Notes: generated from the sequence alone by a model not told the origin. 62,782 nt of DNA, filler included, from Chiloscyllium plagiosum (GCF_004010195.1; 5 parts of one record of this genome joined end to end with filler, not necessarily neighbours in it); one strand, 5' to 3'; shown: positions 12,101 through 25,452, numbered from the whole stretch's first letter. Translations and numbers: made by a program.

Positions 12101-15100
12101 GTCAGAGAGTCTTAGATTATGTCTCAGAGTGTGTCAGAGAGAATCAGAGAGTGTCACAGTGTGTCTCATAGAGTGTCAGAGAGAGTCAGAGACTGTCACA
12201 GTGTGTCACAGTCTGTCAGAGAGTGTCACACTGTGTCTCGGAGAGTGACAGAGAGAGTCAGATAGAATCACACTGTGTTTCAAAGAGTGTCAGCGAGAGT
12301 CAGAGAGGGTCACAGTGTGTCATACTGTGTCTCAGAGAGTGTCAAAGAGTGTCACCGTATGTCTCATAGTGTCAGAGATTGTCACAGTGTGTCTTAGGTA
12401 TAGACAGAGAGTGTCACAGTGTGTCTCAGAGAGTGTCAAGGAGAGTCAGACAGTAACTCATTGCGTCTCAGAGATTGACCGAGAGTGTCACAGTGTGTCA
12501 CAGTCTGTCGGAGTGTGCCGCAGTGCGACGCAGAGAGTGACAGAGAGAGTCAGAGAGTGTCACAGTGTGTCAGATAGTGTTACAGTGCGTCTGATAGATT
12601 GTCAGAGAGTGTCACAGTGTGTCTCAGAGAGAGACGGAAAGTGTCACAGTGTGTCTTAGAGACACCGAGAGTGTCACAGTGTGTCTCAGAGAGTGTCAGA
12701 AAGTGTGACAGTATCTCTGAGAGTAAAGTCAGTGTCAGAGATTGTCACAGTTTGTAGGAGAGTGCCACAATATGACTCAGCGCGAGTTTGAGAGTGTCAC
12801 AGTTTATCTCAGAGACAGTCAGAGAGTGTCACAGTCTGTTAGAGAATGTCACAGTGTCTCAGAGAATGTAAGGGTCAGTCGCAGTGTGTCGTACAGTGTC
12901 ACCATATGTCTCAAAGACTGACAGAGAGAGTCAGAGAGTCTCACAGTCTGTTTCGGAGAGTGTCAGAGACTGTCACCGTGCGTCAGAGAGTGTCACAGAG
13001 AGTGTCAGAGAGTGTCATAGTGTATGTCAGAGATTGCCAAAGTATGTCAGTGAGTGTCACAGTGTATCAAGGACAGTCACAGTGTCTCTCAGAGTGTTTA
13101 GAGAGTGTCAGAGAGTGTCACAGCGCCTCAGAGTGTTCGTATCTGTTAGTCAGTGTCAGAGAAAGTCAGAGAGTATTACACTGTGTTAGAGAGTGTCACG
13201 TCGTGTCAGAGAGTCTCACAGTGTGTAAGAAAGTGTTACAGTATGTCTCAGAGCGTGTCAGAGAGAGTCACAATGTGTATCAGAGAATGCCACACTCTGG
13301 CACAATATGTCTCAGAGAGAGCCACAGTGTGTCTCAGAGAGAGAGACAGAGTGTGTCATAGTCTGTATCAGAGAGTGTCACAGTGTGTCTCAGAGGGTCA
13401 GAGAGTATCACAGTGTTTCAGAGAGTGTCACAGTGTGTCTCAGAGGGTCAGAGAGTATCACAGTGTTTCAGAGAGTGTCACAGTGTGTCTCAGAGGGTCA
13501 GAGTGTCATAGTCTGTATCAGAGAGTGTCACAGTGTGTCTCAGAGGGTCAGAGAGTATCACAGTGTTTCAGAGAGTGTCACAGTGTGTCTCAGAGAGTGT
13601 CAGAGAGTCTCACAGTGTGTCGGAGAGTGTCACAGTGTGTCTTGGAGAGTGTCAGAGAGTGTCACAACATGTCTCAGTGTTAGAGAGCGTCAGAGTGTGT
13701 CACAGTCTGTCAGAGAGTGTGACGGTGTGTCTGATAGAGTGTCAGAGAGTGTCACAGTCTATGTCAGAGAGTGTCAAAGTATGTCAGGGAGTGTCACAGT
13801 GTCTCTCAGAGAGTGTCTCAGAGAGTGTCAGAGAGTGTCACAGTGTCTCAGAGTGTTCGTATCTATTAGTCAGTGTCAGAGAGAGTCAGAGAGTGTCTCG
13901 CCGTGTCAGAGAGTCTCACAGTCTGTCAGACAGTGTTACAGCATGTCTCAGAGCGTGTCAGAGAGTCACAGTGTGTCTCAGAGAATGCCACAGTTTGGCA
14001 CAGTATGTCTCAGAGAGAGTCACAGTGTGGCACAGGGTGTCTCAGAGAGATTCACAGTATGTCTCAGACAGTGTCAGAGAGTTTCACAGATTGTCAAAGA
14101 CAGTGTCAGAGAGAGTCAGAGAGTGTCAGAGAGTGCAACAGTGTGTCTCATAGAGTGTCAGATGAGTCCGAGAGTGCCACAGTATGTCTCAGAGAGAGAC
14201 AGAGAGTGTCACATTGTGTCTCAGAGAGTGTCAGAGATTGTCATAGTGTGTCAGATATTGTCACAGTGAGTCTCAGAGAGTGTCAGAGACAGTCAGAGAG
14301 CGGAACAGCGTGCCGCAGAGATTGTCAGAGCGTGTCACAACAAGTCTCAGAGAGTGCCACAGAGAGTCAGAATGTGTCACAGTTTGTCTCGGAGAGTGTC
14401 AGAGAGTGTCACGACATGTCTCAGTGTCAGAGAGCGTCAGAGGGTGTCAAAGTGTGTCACAGTCTGTCGGGGAGTGTCACACTGTTTCACAGTGTGTCTC
14501 AGAGAGACTGAAAGTGTCACTATGTGTCAGAGAGTATCAGAAAGTGTCACATGTTTCAGAGAATTAAATCAGTGTCAGAAAGTGGCACAATATGTCTCAG
14601 TGAGAGTCCAAAAGAGCCACGGTTTGTCTCAGAGACAGTCAGAGAGCGTCACAGTGTGTCACAGTATGTTAGCCAGTGCCACATTGTGTCTCACAGAGAG
14701 TCAGAAACAGTCAGGCAGATACTCAGTCTGTTAGAGTGGCACAATATGTCTGAGAGAGTGTCAGAGAGTGTCACAGTGTCCCAGTACGTTAGTGTGTGTC
14801 GCCGTGCGTCTCAGAGAGAGTCAGAGAGTTTCACAGATGTCTCAGAGAGTGTCCGAGTGAGTCGGAATGGCACAGCATGTTAGAGAGTGTGACAGTGTGT
14901 TTCACAGAGTATTGCAGTGAGTCTCAGTGTGTCTGCGAGTGCCAGAGAGTTCCACAGTGTTTCACAGATTTTCTCAGAGAGTGTCATAGTGTTTCTCAGG
15001 GAGAGTCAGAGAGTTTAACAGTGTGTCTCGAAGAGTGTTAGAGAGAGTCAGAGTGTTTCACAGTGTGTCACAGTATGTTAGAGAGTGTCACAGTGTCTCT

Positions 15101-17705
15101 CAGAGCGTGTCAGAGTCTGTCACAGTGTATCAGAGAGGGTCACCATATGTCTCAGAGAGTGACAGAGAGAGTCAGAGTGTGTCAAAGTGTGGTTTAGAGA
15201 GAGTCAGAGACTTTCACAGTGTGTCACAGAGTGTCACAGTGAATCACAGAGCGTATCAGAGAGTGTCACAGTGTATTTCAGAGAGTGTCGCAGATTGTCC
15301 AGGAGTGTCACAGTGTGTCCAGAAGTGTCACAGTGTGTCAGGTGGCGTCACAGTGTCTCTCAGAGTGTCAGAGAGTGTCTCAGAGCGTGTCAAAGAGTGT
15401 CACAATGTGTCTCAGAGAATGTCAGAGAGAGTCAGAGAGTGTCACAGTGTGTTTCAGAAAGTATCAAAGTGTGTCTCAGACAGTGTCACAGTGTGGCACA
15501 GAGTAAATCAGAAAGTGTCACAGTGTATCTCAGAGAGTGTCACATTGTATCTCAGAGAGTGTCACAATGCCTCAGGGAGTGTCGGTGAGTGTCAGTCAGA
15601 GTCACAGAGTGTCAGAGAGTGTCACACTGTGTTAGAGAGCGTCGCACCGTGTCAGAGAGTGTCACAGTTTATCAGAGTGTGTAACAGTGTGTCAGAGAGT
15701 GTCATAGTGTGTCTCAGAGTGTGTCACAGTGTGGCACAGTCCGGCTCAGACAGTGTCATAGTGTGTCTCAGAGTGTGCCCGAAAGACACAGACTATATTG
15801 CAGTGTGTCTCCGAGTGTCGGATAGTGACAGAGTGTTTCACGGTGTGTCTCTCGAGCGTAATAGTGTGTCTCGGGGAGAGTCAGAGATTGTCACAGTGTC
15901 TCAGAAAGTGTTAGAGCGTGACAGAGAGTGGCAGAGAGTGTCACAATGTGTCAGAGAGTGTCATGTAGTGTCTCAGAGAGTGTCAATGTGTAGATCAGAG
16001 AGTGTCACAGTGTGGCAGAGTGTGTTTCAGAGAGTGCCCGAGAAAGTCACAGTGTATCTCAGAGAGTGTTACAGTGTGGCACAGTATGTCTCAGAGTGTA
16101 TCACAGTATGTCTCAGAGAGTGTCACAGTGTGGCAGAGAGTGTTACAGTGTGTCTCAGAGACTGTCAGACAGATTCACAGTGTGTCACAGTCTGTTAGAG
16201 AGTGTCACAGTGTCTCAGAGAGTGTCAGAGTCTGTCACAGTGTGTCAGAGAGTGTGACCGTAGGTCTCAGAGAGTGCCAGAAAGAGTCAGAGAGTGTCAC
16301 GGTGTGCTCCAGAGAGACTCAGAGACTATCACAATGTGTCAGAGAGTGGCGCAGTATATTTCAGAGTGTCACAGTGTGTCTCAGAGAGAGTCACAGTGAG
16401 TCTCAGAGAGTGTCTAAGTTTGTCAGAGAGAGTCAGCGAATATCACAGTGTGTCAGGGAGAGTGATAGTGTGTCTCGGAGAGTGGCAGAGAGTGAGTCCG
16501 GGCGTTTCATAGTGTGTCACAGTATGTCACAGAGTGTCAGAGACTGTCAGAGTGTGTCTCAAGAGAGTGCCAGATAGAGTCAGAGTGTGCCATCGTGTGT
16601 CTCAGAGAGAGATAGAGAGCGTCACAGTGTCTCTCGGAGAGTGTCAGAGAGTGTCACAGTGTGTCTCAGAGAGTCAGAGAGTATCACAGTGTGTCACAGT
16701 GTGTCTCAGAGACTGTGTTAGGGTGTCACAATAAGTCTCAGCGTGTCACAGAGAGTCAGAGAGTGTCACAGTGTGTCTCAGAGAGTGTCAGAGAGTGTCA
16801 CAGCATGTCTCAGGGTCAGTAAGCGTCAGAGAGTGTCGCAGTGCGTCATAGTCTGTCAGAGAATGTTGCAGTGTGTCTGGTAGAGTGTCAGCGAGAGCCA
16901 CAGTGATTCACGTTGTTACTCAGAGTGTCACAGTGTTTCTCCGTGAGACTGGGAGTGTTACAGTGTGTCTCAGAGAGTGTCAGAAAGTGCAACAGTTTCT
17001 CAGAGTAAAGTCAGTGTCAGAGAGTGTCACAATATGTCTCAGAGAGTGTCATAGAGAGTCAGAGAGTGTCACAGTGTGTTCCAGAGAGACTCAGAGACTA
17101 TCACAGTGTGTCAGAGAGTGGCGCAGTATTTCTCAGAGTGTCGCAGTCTGTCTCAGAGAGAATCACAGTGTGTCTCTGAAAGTGTCAAAGTGTGTCAGAG
17201 AGAGTCAGAGAATGTCACAGTGTGTCAGGGAGAGTGGTAGTGTGTCTCGGAGAGTGACAGAGAGTGTCTCCAATCGTGTCATGGAGTGTCACAGTATGTC
17301 ACAGAGTGTCAGAGATTGTCACAGTGTGTCTCAGAGAGTGCCAGATAGAGTCAGGGAGTGCCATTGTGTGTCTCAGAGAGAGACAGAGAGCCTCACAGTG
17401 TCTCTTGCTGGGTGTCAGAGAGTGTTGCAGTGTGTCTCAGAGAGTCAGACAGTGTCACAGTGTGTCAGAGAGTGTCACAGTGTGTCGCAGAGACTGTGAG
17501 AGAGTGTCACAATAAGTCTCAGAGTGTCTGAGAGTGTCACCGTGTGTCTCAGAGAGTGTCAGAGATCGTCACTGAGTGTCAGTGTGTCTCAGAGAGTGTC
17601 AGATAGAGTCAGAGAGTATCACAGCGTGTCTCAGAGAGTGTCAGAGAATGTCACAATGTGTCTCAGATAATGTCACAGTGTGTCTAAGAGAGTGTCACAG
17701 TGTGT

Positions 17706-17872
17706 TGTAGTTGAATACAGCTCTTAAGAATAGTGGAATCAAGATTTATGGGGATAAGACGTGAACAGGATACTGATTGAGGATGATCAGCTATGATCAT
17801 AATAAATGGTGGTGCTGGCTCGAAGGGGCAGAATGGCCTTCTCCTGCACTTATTGTCTATTGTCTCTTGTCT
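17706..17872 (+). mobile_element. CR1 LINE 3' end inserted in the satellite
   Basis: GATGATCAGCTATGATCATAATAAATGGTGGTGCTGGCTCGAAGGGGCAGAATGGCCTTCTCCTGC followed by a (TTGTCTA)n-like tail. Confidence 0.85.
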
Positions 17873-20800
17873 CTGAGAGTGTCAGAGTGTCACAGTGTGT
17901 CAGAGAGTGTCACAGTGTTACAGTGTGTCTCAGAGACTGTCACAGTGTGTGTCAGACAGTGTCAGAGAGAGTCACAGTGTGTCACAGATAATGTCAGAGA
18001 GTGTCACAATGTGCCTCAGAGTGTCACAGAGTGTCAGGGAGTGTCAGAGAGAGTAGGGGAATCTCACAGTGTGTCTCAGAAAGTGACAGAGTGTAACAAT
18101 GTGTGTCAGAGAGTGTCACAGTGTGCTTCAGAGAATGTCAGATAAAGTCAGAGATTATCACAGTGTGTCTCAGAGAGTGTCAGATCGAGTCATAGAGTAT
18201 CACAGCGTGACTCAGGCAGTGTAAGAGTGTCGCAGTGTGTCTCAGAGAATGTCACAGTATGTCTTAGAGAGTGACAGAGAGTGTCACAGTGCGTCTCGGA
18301 GAGTGCCAGAGGGTGGCGGAGTGTGTCTCAGAGAGTGTCACAGTGTGCCTCAGAGTGTCAGGGAGTGTCGCAGTGTGTCTCAGAGAGTGGTAGTGAGTGT
18401 CACAATATGTAAGAGAGTGAAAGTATGCCTTGGAGGAGTCGGAGAGAATCCGATTGAGTAGATAGAGTCAGACAGTGTCACAGTGTCTCATAGAAAATCT
18501 GAGTGTGACAGTGTGCCTCAGAGATTGTCAGAGACTTCCAGAGACTGTCAGATAGTCAGAAAGAATCAGAGATAGTCAGAGATATTCAGAGCGAGTCCCC
18601 AGACAGTGTAGATAGTTGCAGTGAGAACTGGAGACTGTCAGAGTGTGTCAAAGAGTGTCTCGGTGTGTCTGAGAGAGGGTCAGAGAGTGTTACAGTGTTT
18701 CTCAGAGTGTCTCAGAAAGTGTCACAGTTTCTGAGAGAGATGTCACAGTATGTCATACTGTGTCGCAGAGAGTGTCAGTCAGTGTCACAGTGAGTCTCAT
18801 AGTGTCAGAGGGTCTCAAAGTGTGTCTCAGATAGAGAAAGAGAGTGTCTCAGAGAGTGTCAGAGAGAGTCAGAGAGTATCTCATTGCGTCTCAGAGAGTG
18901 TCAAAGAGTGTCACAGTGTGTTTCAGTGAGTGACAGAAAGAGTCGGAGAGTGTCACCGTGTATCACAATGTGTCTCAGAGTGAGACAGAGAGAGTCAGAG
19001 TGTCGCTGTGCGTCTCAGAGAGAGTCAGATAATGTCACCGTGTGTCTCAGAGAGTTTCAGAAGGTCTTGCAGTGTGTCTTAGAGAGAGTCAGAGACTGCC
19101 ACATTGTCTCAGAGAGTGTCTCAGTGTGTTAGGGAGACTCATAGTTTGTCTCTGAGAGTGTAAGAGTATCGCAGTGTGTCTCAGAGACTGTCACAGTGTG
19201 TGTCAGACAGTGTCAGAGAGTCACAATGTGTCACAGATAATGTCAGAGAATGTCCCAGTGTGTCTCAGAGAGTCTCACAGTGTGTATCTGAGAGTTTCAG
19301 AGAGATTCAGAGAGTATCACAGTGTGTCTCAGTGATTGTGAAAAAGTGTCACAGAGTGTCACAGTGTGTCTCTGGCAGTGTCAGAGCCTGGCACAGTGTC
19401 TCAGTGAGTATCACAGTGAGTTTCAGAGAGTGACAGAGAGTCTCTGAGAGTGCCACAATGTGTCTCAGAGCGTAACAGAGAGTGTCACAGTGTGTCTCAG
19501 AGAGTGTCAAAGAGAGTCAGAGAGTGTCACAGTGTGTTTCAGTGAGAGTCAGAGAGTGCCACAGTGTGTCTCAGAGAGTGACAAAGAGTGTCAAAGGCTG
19601 TCACAGTGTGTCCCAGTAAGTTTCAGAGGGTGTCACACTGTGTCGCAGAGAGTGTCACATAGAGTCAGAGGATGTCACAGTGTGTCTTAGAGAGAGGCAG
19701 AGAGTCTCACAATGTATCAAAGTCTGTCAGAGAATGTCTCAGTGTGTCTCAGAGAGTGTCAGAGGGTGTCACAGTGTTTAGCAGTGTTTCTCAGAGAGTG
19801 ACACAGTGTCTCCAGGAGTGTCAATGTGTGTCACAGTGTATCACAGTCTGGCAGAGAGTATCAGAGAGAGTCAGAGTGTCAGAGAGTGTCACAGTGTTTT
19901 ATGATGTTTCTCAGAGAGCCTCACTGTGTGTCTCAGAGAGTTTCAGAATGTGTCACAGTATCTCAGAGAGTAAAGTCACAGCATGTCAGTGAGAATCACA
20001 ATGAGTCAGAGCGTGGCACAATATGTCTCAGAGATTCACAGTGTGTCTCAGAGTGTGTCAGAAAGTTTCACAGTGTGTCAGAGAGTGTCGCACAGCGTCA
20101 GAGAGAGGGAGAGTGTCACAGTGTGTCAGAAAGTGTCGCAGTGTGTCTCAGAGAGTATCAGAGTTTGTCACATTGCGTCAGAGAGTGTCACCTAATGTCT
20201 CAGATACTGACAGAGTGTCACAATGTGTTTCAGGGAGAGTCAGAGTTTGTCACAGTGTATTTCAAAAAGTGTCGCAGTGTGTCAGGAAGAGTCACAGTCT
20301 CTCTCAGAGAGCGTCAGCGATTGTCTCAGAGAGTGTCACAGAGCGTCATAGTGTGTCTCAGAGAGTGTCATGGAGAGTCGGAGAGTGTCACAGTATGTTT
20401 CAGAGCGTGTCACAGTGTGTCAGGGAGTGTCACAGTGTGTAAGTGAGAGTCACAGTATCACTCAGAGTGTGTCAGAGATTGTCTCAGAGAGTGTCACAGA
20501 GCGTCACAGCGTGGCTCAGAGAGTGTCACAGAGAGTCAGAGAGTGTCACAGTGTGTTTCAGAGCGTGTCAGAGAGAGTCAGGGAGTGTCAGAGTGTGTCT
20601 TGGAGAGTGTCACAGAGTGTCACAGTGTATTTCAGAGAGTGTCACAGTGTGTCAGTGAGAGTCACAGTGTCTCTTAGAGAGAGTCAGAGATTGTCTCAGA
20701 GAGCGTCATAAAGTGTCACAGTTTGTCTCAGAGAGTGACACAGAGAGTCAGGAAGTGTCACAGTGTGTTTCAGAGAGTGTCAGAGAGAGTCAGGAAGTGT

Positions 20801-22310
20801 CACATTGTGTCTTGGAGAGTGTCACTGAGTGTCACAGTGTATTTCAGAGAGTGTCACAGTGTGTCAGGGAGTGTCACAGTGTCAGTGAGAGTCTCAGTGT
20901 CTCTCAGAGTGTGTCAGAGATTGTCTCAGAGAGTCAGAGAGTGTCACAGTGTGTTTCAGAGAGTGTCACAGTGTGTCAGTGAGTGTCGTGGTGAGTCAGA
21001 GCGTGGCATAATATTTCTCAGAGATTCACAATGTGTCTCAGAGTGTGTCAGAAAGTTTCACAGTGTCTCAGAGAGTGTCGCACAGCGTCAGAGAGAGGGA
21101 GAGTGTCACAGTGAGTCAGAAAGTGTCGCAGAGTGTCTCAGCGAGTGTCTGCGTATTTCACCCCTTGCCTAGGAGAGATTCAGAGAGTGTCACAGTGTGT
21201 CACAGACTGTTAAAAACTGTCACAGTGTGTCTCAGAGAGTGTCAGAGGGACTACATCGAGTGTCACAGTGTGTCACAGTCTGTCAGAGAGAGTCATAGTG
21301 TGTCTCAGAGAGTATCAGAGTCTGTCACATTACATCCGAGAGTGTCACCATATGTCTCAGATACTGACAGAGGGAATCAGAGAGTGTCACAGTGTATTTC
21401 AAAGAGTGTCGCAGTGAATCAGGGAGAGTCACAGTGTCTCTCAGAGAGCGTTAGAGATTGTCTCAGAGAGTGTCACAGAGCGTCACAGCGTGTCTCAGAG
21501 AGTTTCACAGAGAGTCAGAGAGTGTCACAGTGTGTTTCAGAGAGTGTCAGACAGAGTCAGAATGTGTCACAATGTGTCAGTGAGAGTCACATTGTCTCTC
21601 AGAGAGTGTCAGAGATCGTCTCAGAGAGTGTCAAAAAGTGTCACAGTGTGTCTCAGAGAGTGTCACAGAGAGTTAGGGAGTGTCACAGTGTGTTTCAGAG
21701 AGTGTCAGAGAGAGTCAGCGAATGTCACAGTGTGTCTCGGAGAGTGTCACAGAATGTCACCGTGTATTTCAGACAGTGTCACAGTGTGTCAGGGAGTGTC
21801 ACAATGTGTCTCGGAAAATGTCACAGAATGTCACCGTGTATTTCAGAGAGTGTCATAGTGTGGCAGGGAGTGTCACAGTGTCAGTGAGAGTCACAGTGTC
21901 TCTCGGTGATTGTCAGAGATTGTCTCAGAGAGTGTCACAGTGTGTTTCAGAGAGTGTCAGGGAGAGTCAGCGACTGTCACAGTGTGCCACAGTCTGTCAG
22001 AGAGTATCACAGTGTATCACAGAGAGTGTCAGCGTCTGTCACGGTGTGTCACAGAGTGCCACCATATGCCTCACAGAGTGACAGAGAGAGTCATAGAGTG
22101 TCAGAATGTATTTCAGAGAGGGTCAAAGAGTGTCACAGTGCGTCTCAAAGAGTCAGAGAGTGTCGCAGTGTCTCAGAGAGAGTCAGAGAGTGTCACAACG
22201 TGTCTCAGAGTGTATCATGGAGGGTCAGAGTGTGTCAGAGAGCGTCGGAGCATCACAATGTGTCTAGGAGAATGTCACAATGTGTCTCAGAGAGTGTCAG
22301 CGAGAGTCAG

Positions 22311-22450
22311 GTAGGTTCATTCCTGAAGAAGGGCTTATGCCCGAAACGTCGATTCTCGTGCTCCTCGGATGCTGCCTGACTGCTGTGTTTTTGCAGCACC
22401 ACTCTTTTCAACTCTGGCACTCCAGCATCTGCAATCCTCACTTTCTCCTA
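22311..22450 (+). mobile_element. Short Penelope-derived insert in the satellite
   Basis: Homologous to the Penelope 3' terminus at 25410-25545 and to the inserts at 4070 and 5989. Confidence 0.85.
22319..22354 (+). ncRNA. Minimal type I hammerhead ribozyme motif (PLE-type)
   Basis: CUGAAGA (22323-29), A, stem II GGGC-UUAU-GCCC, GAAA (22343-46), C, GUC (22348-50). Stem III is the palindromic ACGU; stem I is weak. Confidence 0.7.
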
Positions 22451-23719
22451 GAGGCAGAGTGTGTCATAAAGTGTCAGTGAGTGTCACAGTGCATGTCAGA
22501 GAGTGTCACATAATATCTCAAAGAGTGTCACAGTGCGTCAGAACGTGTCACAGTGTGTCAGAGAGTATCGCAGTGAGCCTCAGAGAGTGTCTGAGAGAGG
22601 CAGGGAGTGTCACAGTGTGTCTCAGAGAGTATTGCAGTGTATCAGAGTGCGTCAGAGAGGGTCACAGTGTGTCGGAGAGTGGCACAGTATGTCTCAGAGA
22701 GTGTCACAGTGTGTCTCAGTGATACTCAGAGACATCCAGAGACTGTCAGAGATAGTCAGAGAGAGTGTAGCGAGATAGAGAGAGAATCAGAGAGAGACAG
22801 AGTTGTTAGAGCGAGTTAGAGAGTGTCACAGTCTGTCAGAGTGTCACAGTGTATCAGAGAGTAGCACAGTATGTCTCAGAGAGTGTCAGAGCGTAATGGT
22901 GTTTCAGAGAGTGTGACAGTGTGTCTCAGAGAGTCTCACATTGTGTCTTGGAGAGGGTAAGAAAGTGTCACAGTGTTTCTCAGAGTGTCTCAAAGAGTGT
23001 CACAGTTTGTCATAGAGTGTCACCGTGTTTCACGGTGTGACTCAAAGTGTTACAGTGTGTCTCAGAGAGAGTCAGAGAGTATAACGGTGTGTCTCAGAGA
23101 GAGACTCGAGTGTTACAGTGTATCAGAGAATGTCAGTCAGTGTCAGCGAGAATCAGAGAGTGTCACAGTGTGTCAGAGAGTGTCACAGTATGTCAGAGAG
23201 TGTCACAGTATGTCAGTGTTAGAGAGAGTCAGAAACTGTCACAGTGTGTTGGAAAGTGGCACAGTATGTCTCAGAGTGTCAGTGTGTCGCAGAGTGTCAG
23301 AGAGTGTCACATTGTGTTTCAGAGTGTATCAGAGAGAGTCAGAGAGTGTCACAGTGTATCGTACTGTGACTCAGAGAGTGTCAGAGAGAGTCAGAGAGTA
23401 TCATAGTGTGTCTCAGAGAGAGACAGAGAGTGTCACAGTGTCTCAGAGAGTGTCAGTCGGTGTCAGAGAGAGTCACAGCGTTTCACAATGTGTCCGAGAT
23501 TGCCACAGTGTGTCTCAGAGAGTGTCAGACAACATCGGACAGTGTCACAGTCTTTCACGGGATGTCTCAGAGAGTGTCACACTGTGTCAGAGAGAATCAG
23601 AGAGTTGCACAGTATGTGTCAGAAAGTGGCTCATTATGTCTCAGAGAGTGTCAGCCCTTCCACCTCCCTCCTGCACCACTCCCCTTGCCCCTCCTCCTCG
23701 CCCCTCCCGTTCACTCTTC

Positions 23720-23819
23720 NNNNNNNNNNNNNNNNNNNNNNNNNNNNNNNNNNNNNNNNNNNNTTAATTAATTAANNNNNNNNNNNNNNNNNNNNNNNNN
23801 NNNNNNNNNNNNNNNNNNN
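23720..23819. other. Artificial 100-nt gap with TTAATTAATTAA linker (also 45788-45887, 55058-55157, 58846-58945)
   Basis: 44 N + TTAATTAATTAA + 44 N each time; the linker puts stop codons in all six frames. Confidence 0.97.
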
Positions 23820-24043
23820 GCACTGCCCGGTTCTACCTCCTTCCCAAGATCCACAAGCCTGACCACCCTGACCGACCCATTGTCTCAGCATGCTCCTGCC
23901 CAACTGAACTCATCTCTACCTAACTCGACACTATCCTATCCCCCCTAGTCCAGGAACTCCCCACTTACGTTCGAGACACCACCCACGCTCTCCATCTCCT
24001 ACAAGATTTCCGTTTCCCCGGTCCCCAACGCCTCATCTTCACC

Positions 24044-24856
24044 ATGGATATCCAATCCCTCCATACCTCCATCTGCCATGACCACGGCCTCCAAGCCCTC
24101 CGTTGTTTCCTCTCCAGACGTCCCCAACAGTACCCTTCCACCGACACTCTCATTCGTTTGGCCGAACTGGTCCTCACCCTTAACAATTTCTCCTTTGAAT
24201 CCTCCCACTTCCTCCAGATCAAATGGGTAGCCATGGGCACACGTATGGGCCCCAGCTATGCTTGTCTCTTTGTTGGCTACGTAGAACAGTTGATCTTCCG
24301 TAATTACACCGGCACCACTCCCCACCTCTTCCTCCGCTACATTGATGACTGCATTGGCGCCACCTCGTGCTGCCGTGAGGAGGTTAAGCAATTCATCAAC
24401 TTCACCAACACATTCCATCCTGACCTTAAATTTACCTGGACCATCTCTGACACCTCCCTCCCCTTCCTGGACCTCTCCATCTCCATTAGTGATGACCGAC
24501 TTGACACGAATACTTTTTACAAACCCACCGACTCCCACAGCGACCGAGATTACACCTCTTCCCACCCTATCTCTTGCAAAAATGCCATCCTGTATTCCCA
24601 ATTCCTCCACCTCCGCCCTATCTGCTCCCAGGAAGACCAGTTCCACCATCAGATGGCCTCCTTCTTTAGAGACCGCAATTTCCCTTCCCAAGTGGTTAAA
24701 GATGCTCTCCAATGCACCTCGTCCACATCCCGCACCTCCGCCCTCAGACCCTACCCCTCCAACCGTAACAAGGACAGAACGCTCCTGGTGCTCACCTTCC
24801 ACCCTACAAACCTCCGCATAAACCAAATCATCCGCCGACATTTCCGCCACCGCTAA
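24044..24856 (+). pseudogene. Penelope reverse transcriptase ORF fragment (270 aa)
   Basis: RT core motifs including YIDD. Stops lie upstream and at 24854-24856, so the full ORF is disrupted. Confidence 0.9.
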
Positions 24857-25414
24857 AAAGACCCCACCACCAGGGATATATTTCCCTCCCCACCCCTTTC
24901 CGACTTCGCAAAGACCGTTCCCTCCGTGACTACCTGGTCAGGTCCACGCCCCCCTACGACCCACCCTCCCATCCTGGCACTTTCCCCTGCCACCGCAGGA
25001 ACTGTAAAACCTGTGCCCACACCTCCTCACTCACCTCTATCCAAGGCCCCAAAGGAGCTTTCCACATCCATCCTTCATCACCGCTCCCTCACCACCAGAC
25101 GCCTGGAGGAAGAACGCCTATTCTTCCGCCTCGGAACAGTTCAACCCCAGGGAATCAATGTGGACTTCAACAGCTTCTTCATTTCCCCTTCCCCCACTTC
25201 ATCCTAGTTTCAAACTTCCAACCCGCACTGTCCCCTTGAACTGTCCGGACTTGTCCGACCTGCCTAACTCTTTTTCCACCTATCCACTCCACCCTCTCCT
25301 CACTGACCTGTCACCTTTATCTCCTCCCCCACTCACCTATAGTACTCTATGCTACTTTCTCCCCACCCCCACCCTCCTCTAGCTTATCTCTCCACGCTTC
25401 AGGCTCTCTGCCTT

Positions 25415-25452
25415 TATTCCTGATGAAGGGCTTTTGCCCAAAACGTCGATTT
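25415..25452 (+). ncRNA. Hammerhead motif in Penelope terminus, core mutated (GAAA to AAAA)
   Basis: CUGAUGA (25420-26), A, GGGC-UUUU-GCCC, AAAA, C, GUC. The catalytic G12 position (25440) is A. Confidence 0.65.

Larger units (their letters stand above)
6147..23653. repeat. Large degenerate satellite built from GAGAGTGTCACAGTGTGTCTCA-like (~22 bp) and shorter subunits, with higher-order duplications
   Basis: Continuous GTCACA/GTGT/CTCAGAGA motifs over ~17.5 kb. Local 50-bp periodicity at 13371-13570. Marker sequences recur at spacings of 720, ~990 and ~3080 bp. Confidence 0.97.

Noticed and set aside
6219..23775. Dozens of long + strand ORFs (up to 391 aa) rich in S/V/C/E/R/Q
   Set aside because: They are translations of the satellite, open in several frames at once because the repeat has few + strand stops.
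23764..23775. TTAATTAATTAA as a biological motif (piggyBac TTAA or PacI site)
   Set aside because: It is identical and centred in four 100-nt N gaps, so it is a scaffolding linker.
23999..24850. 283-aa minus-strand ORF
   Set aside because: It is the antisense shadow of the Penelope RT frame, with no recognisable domain.
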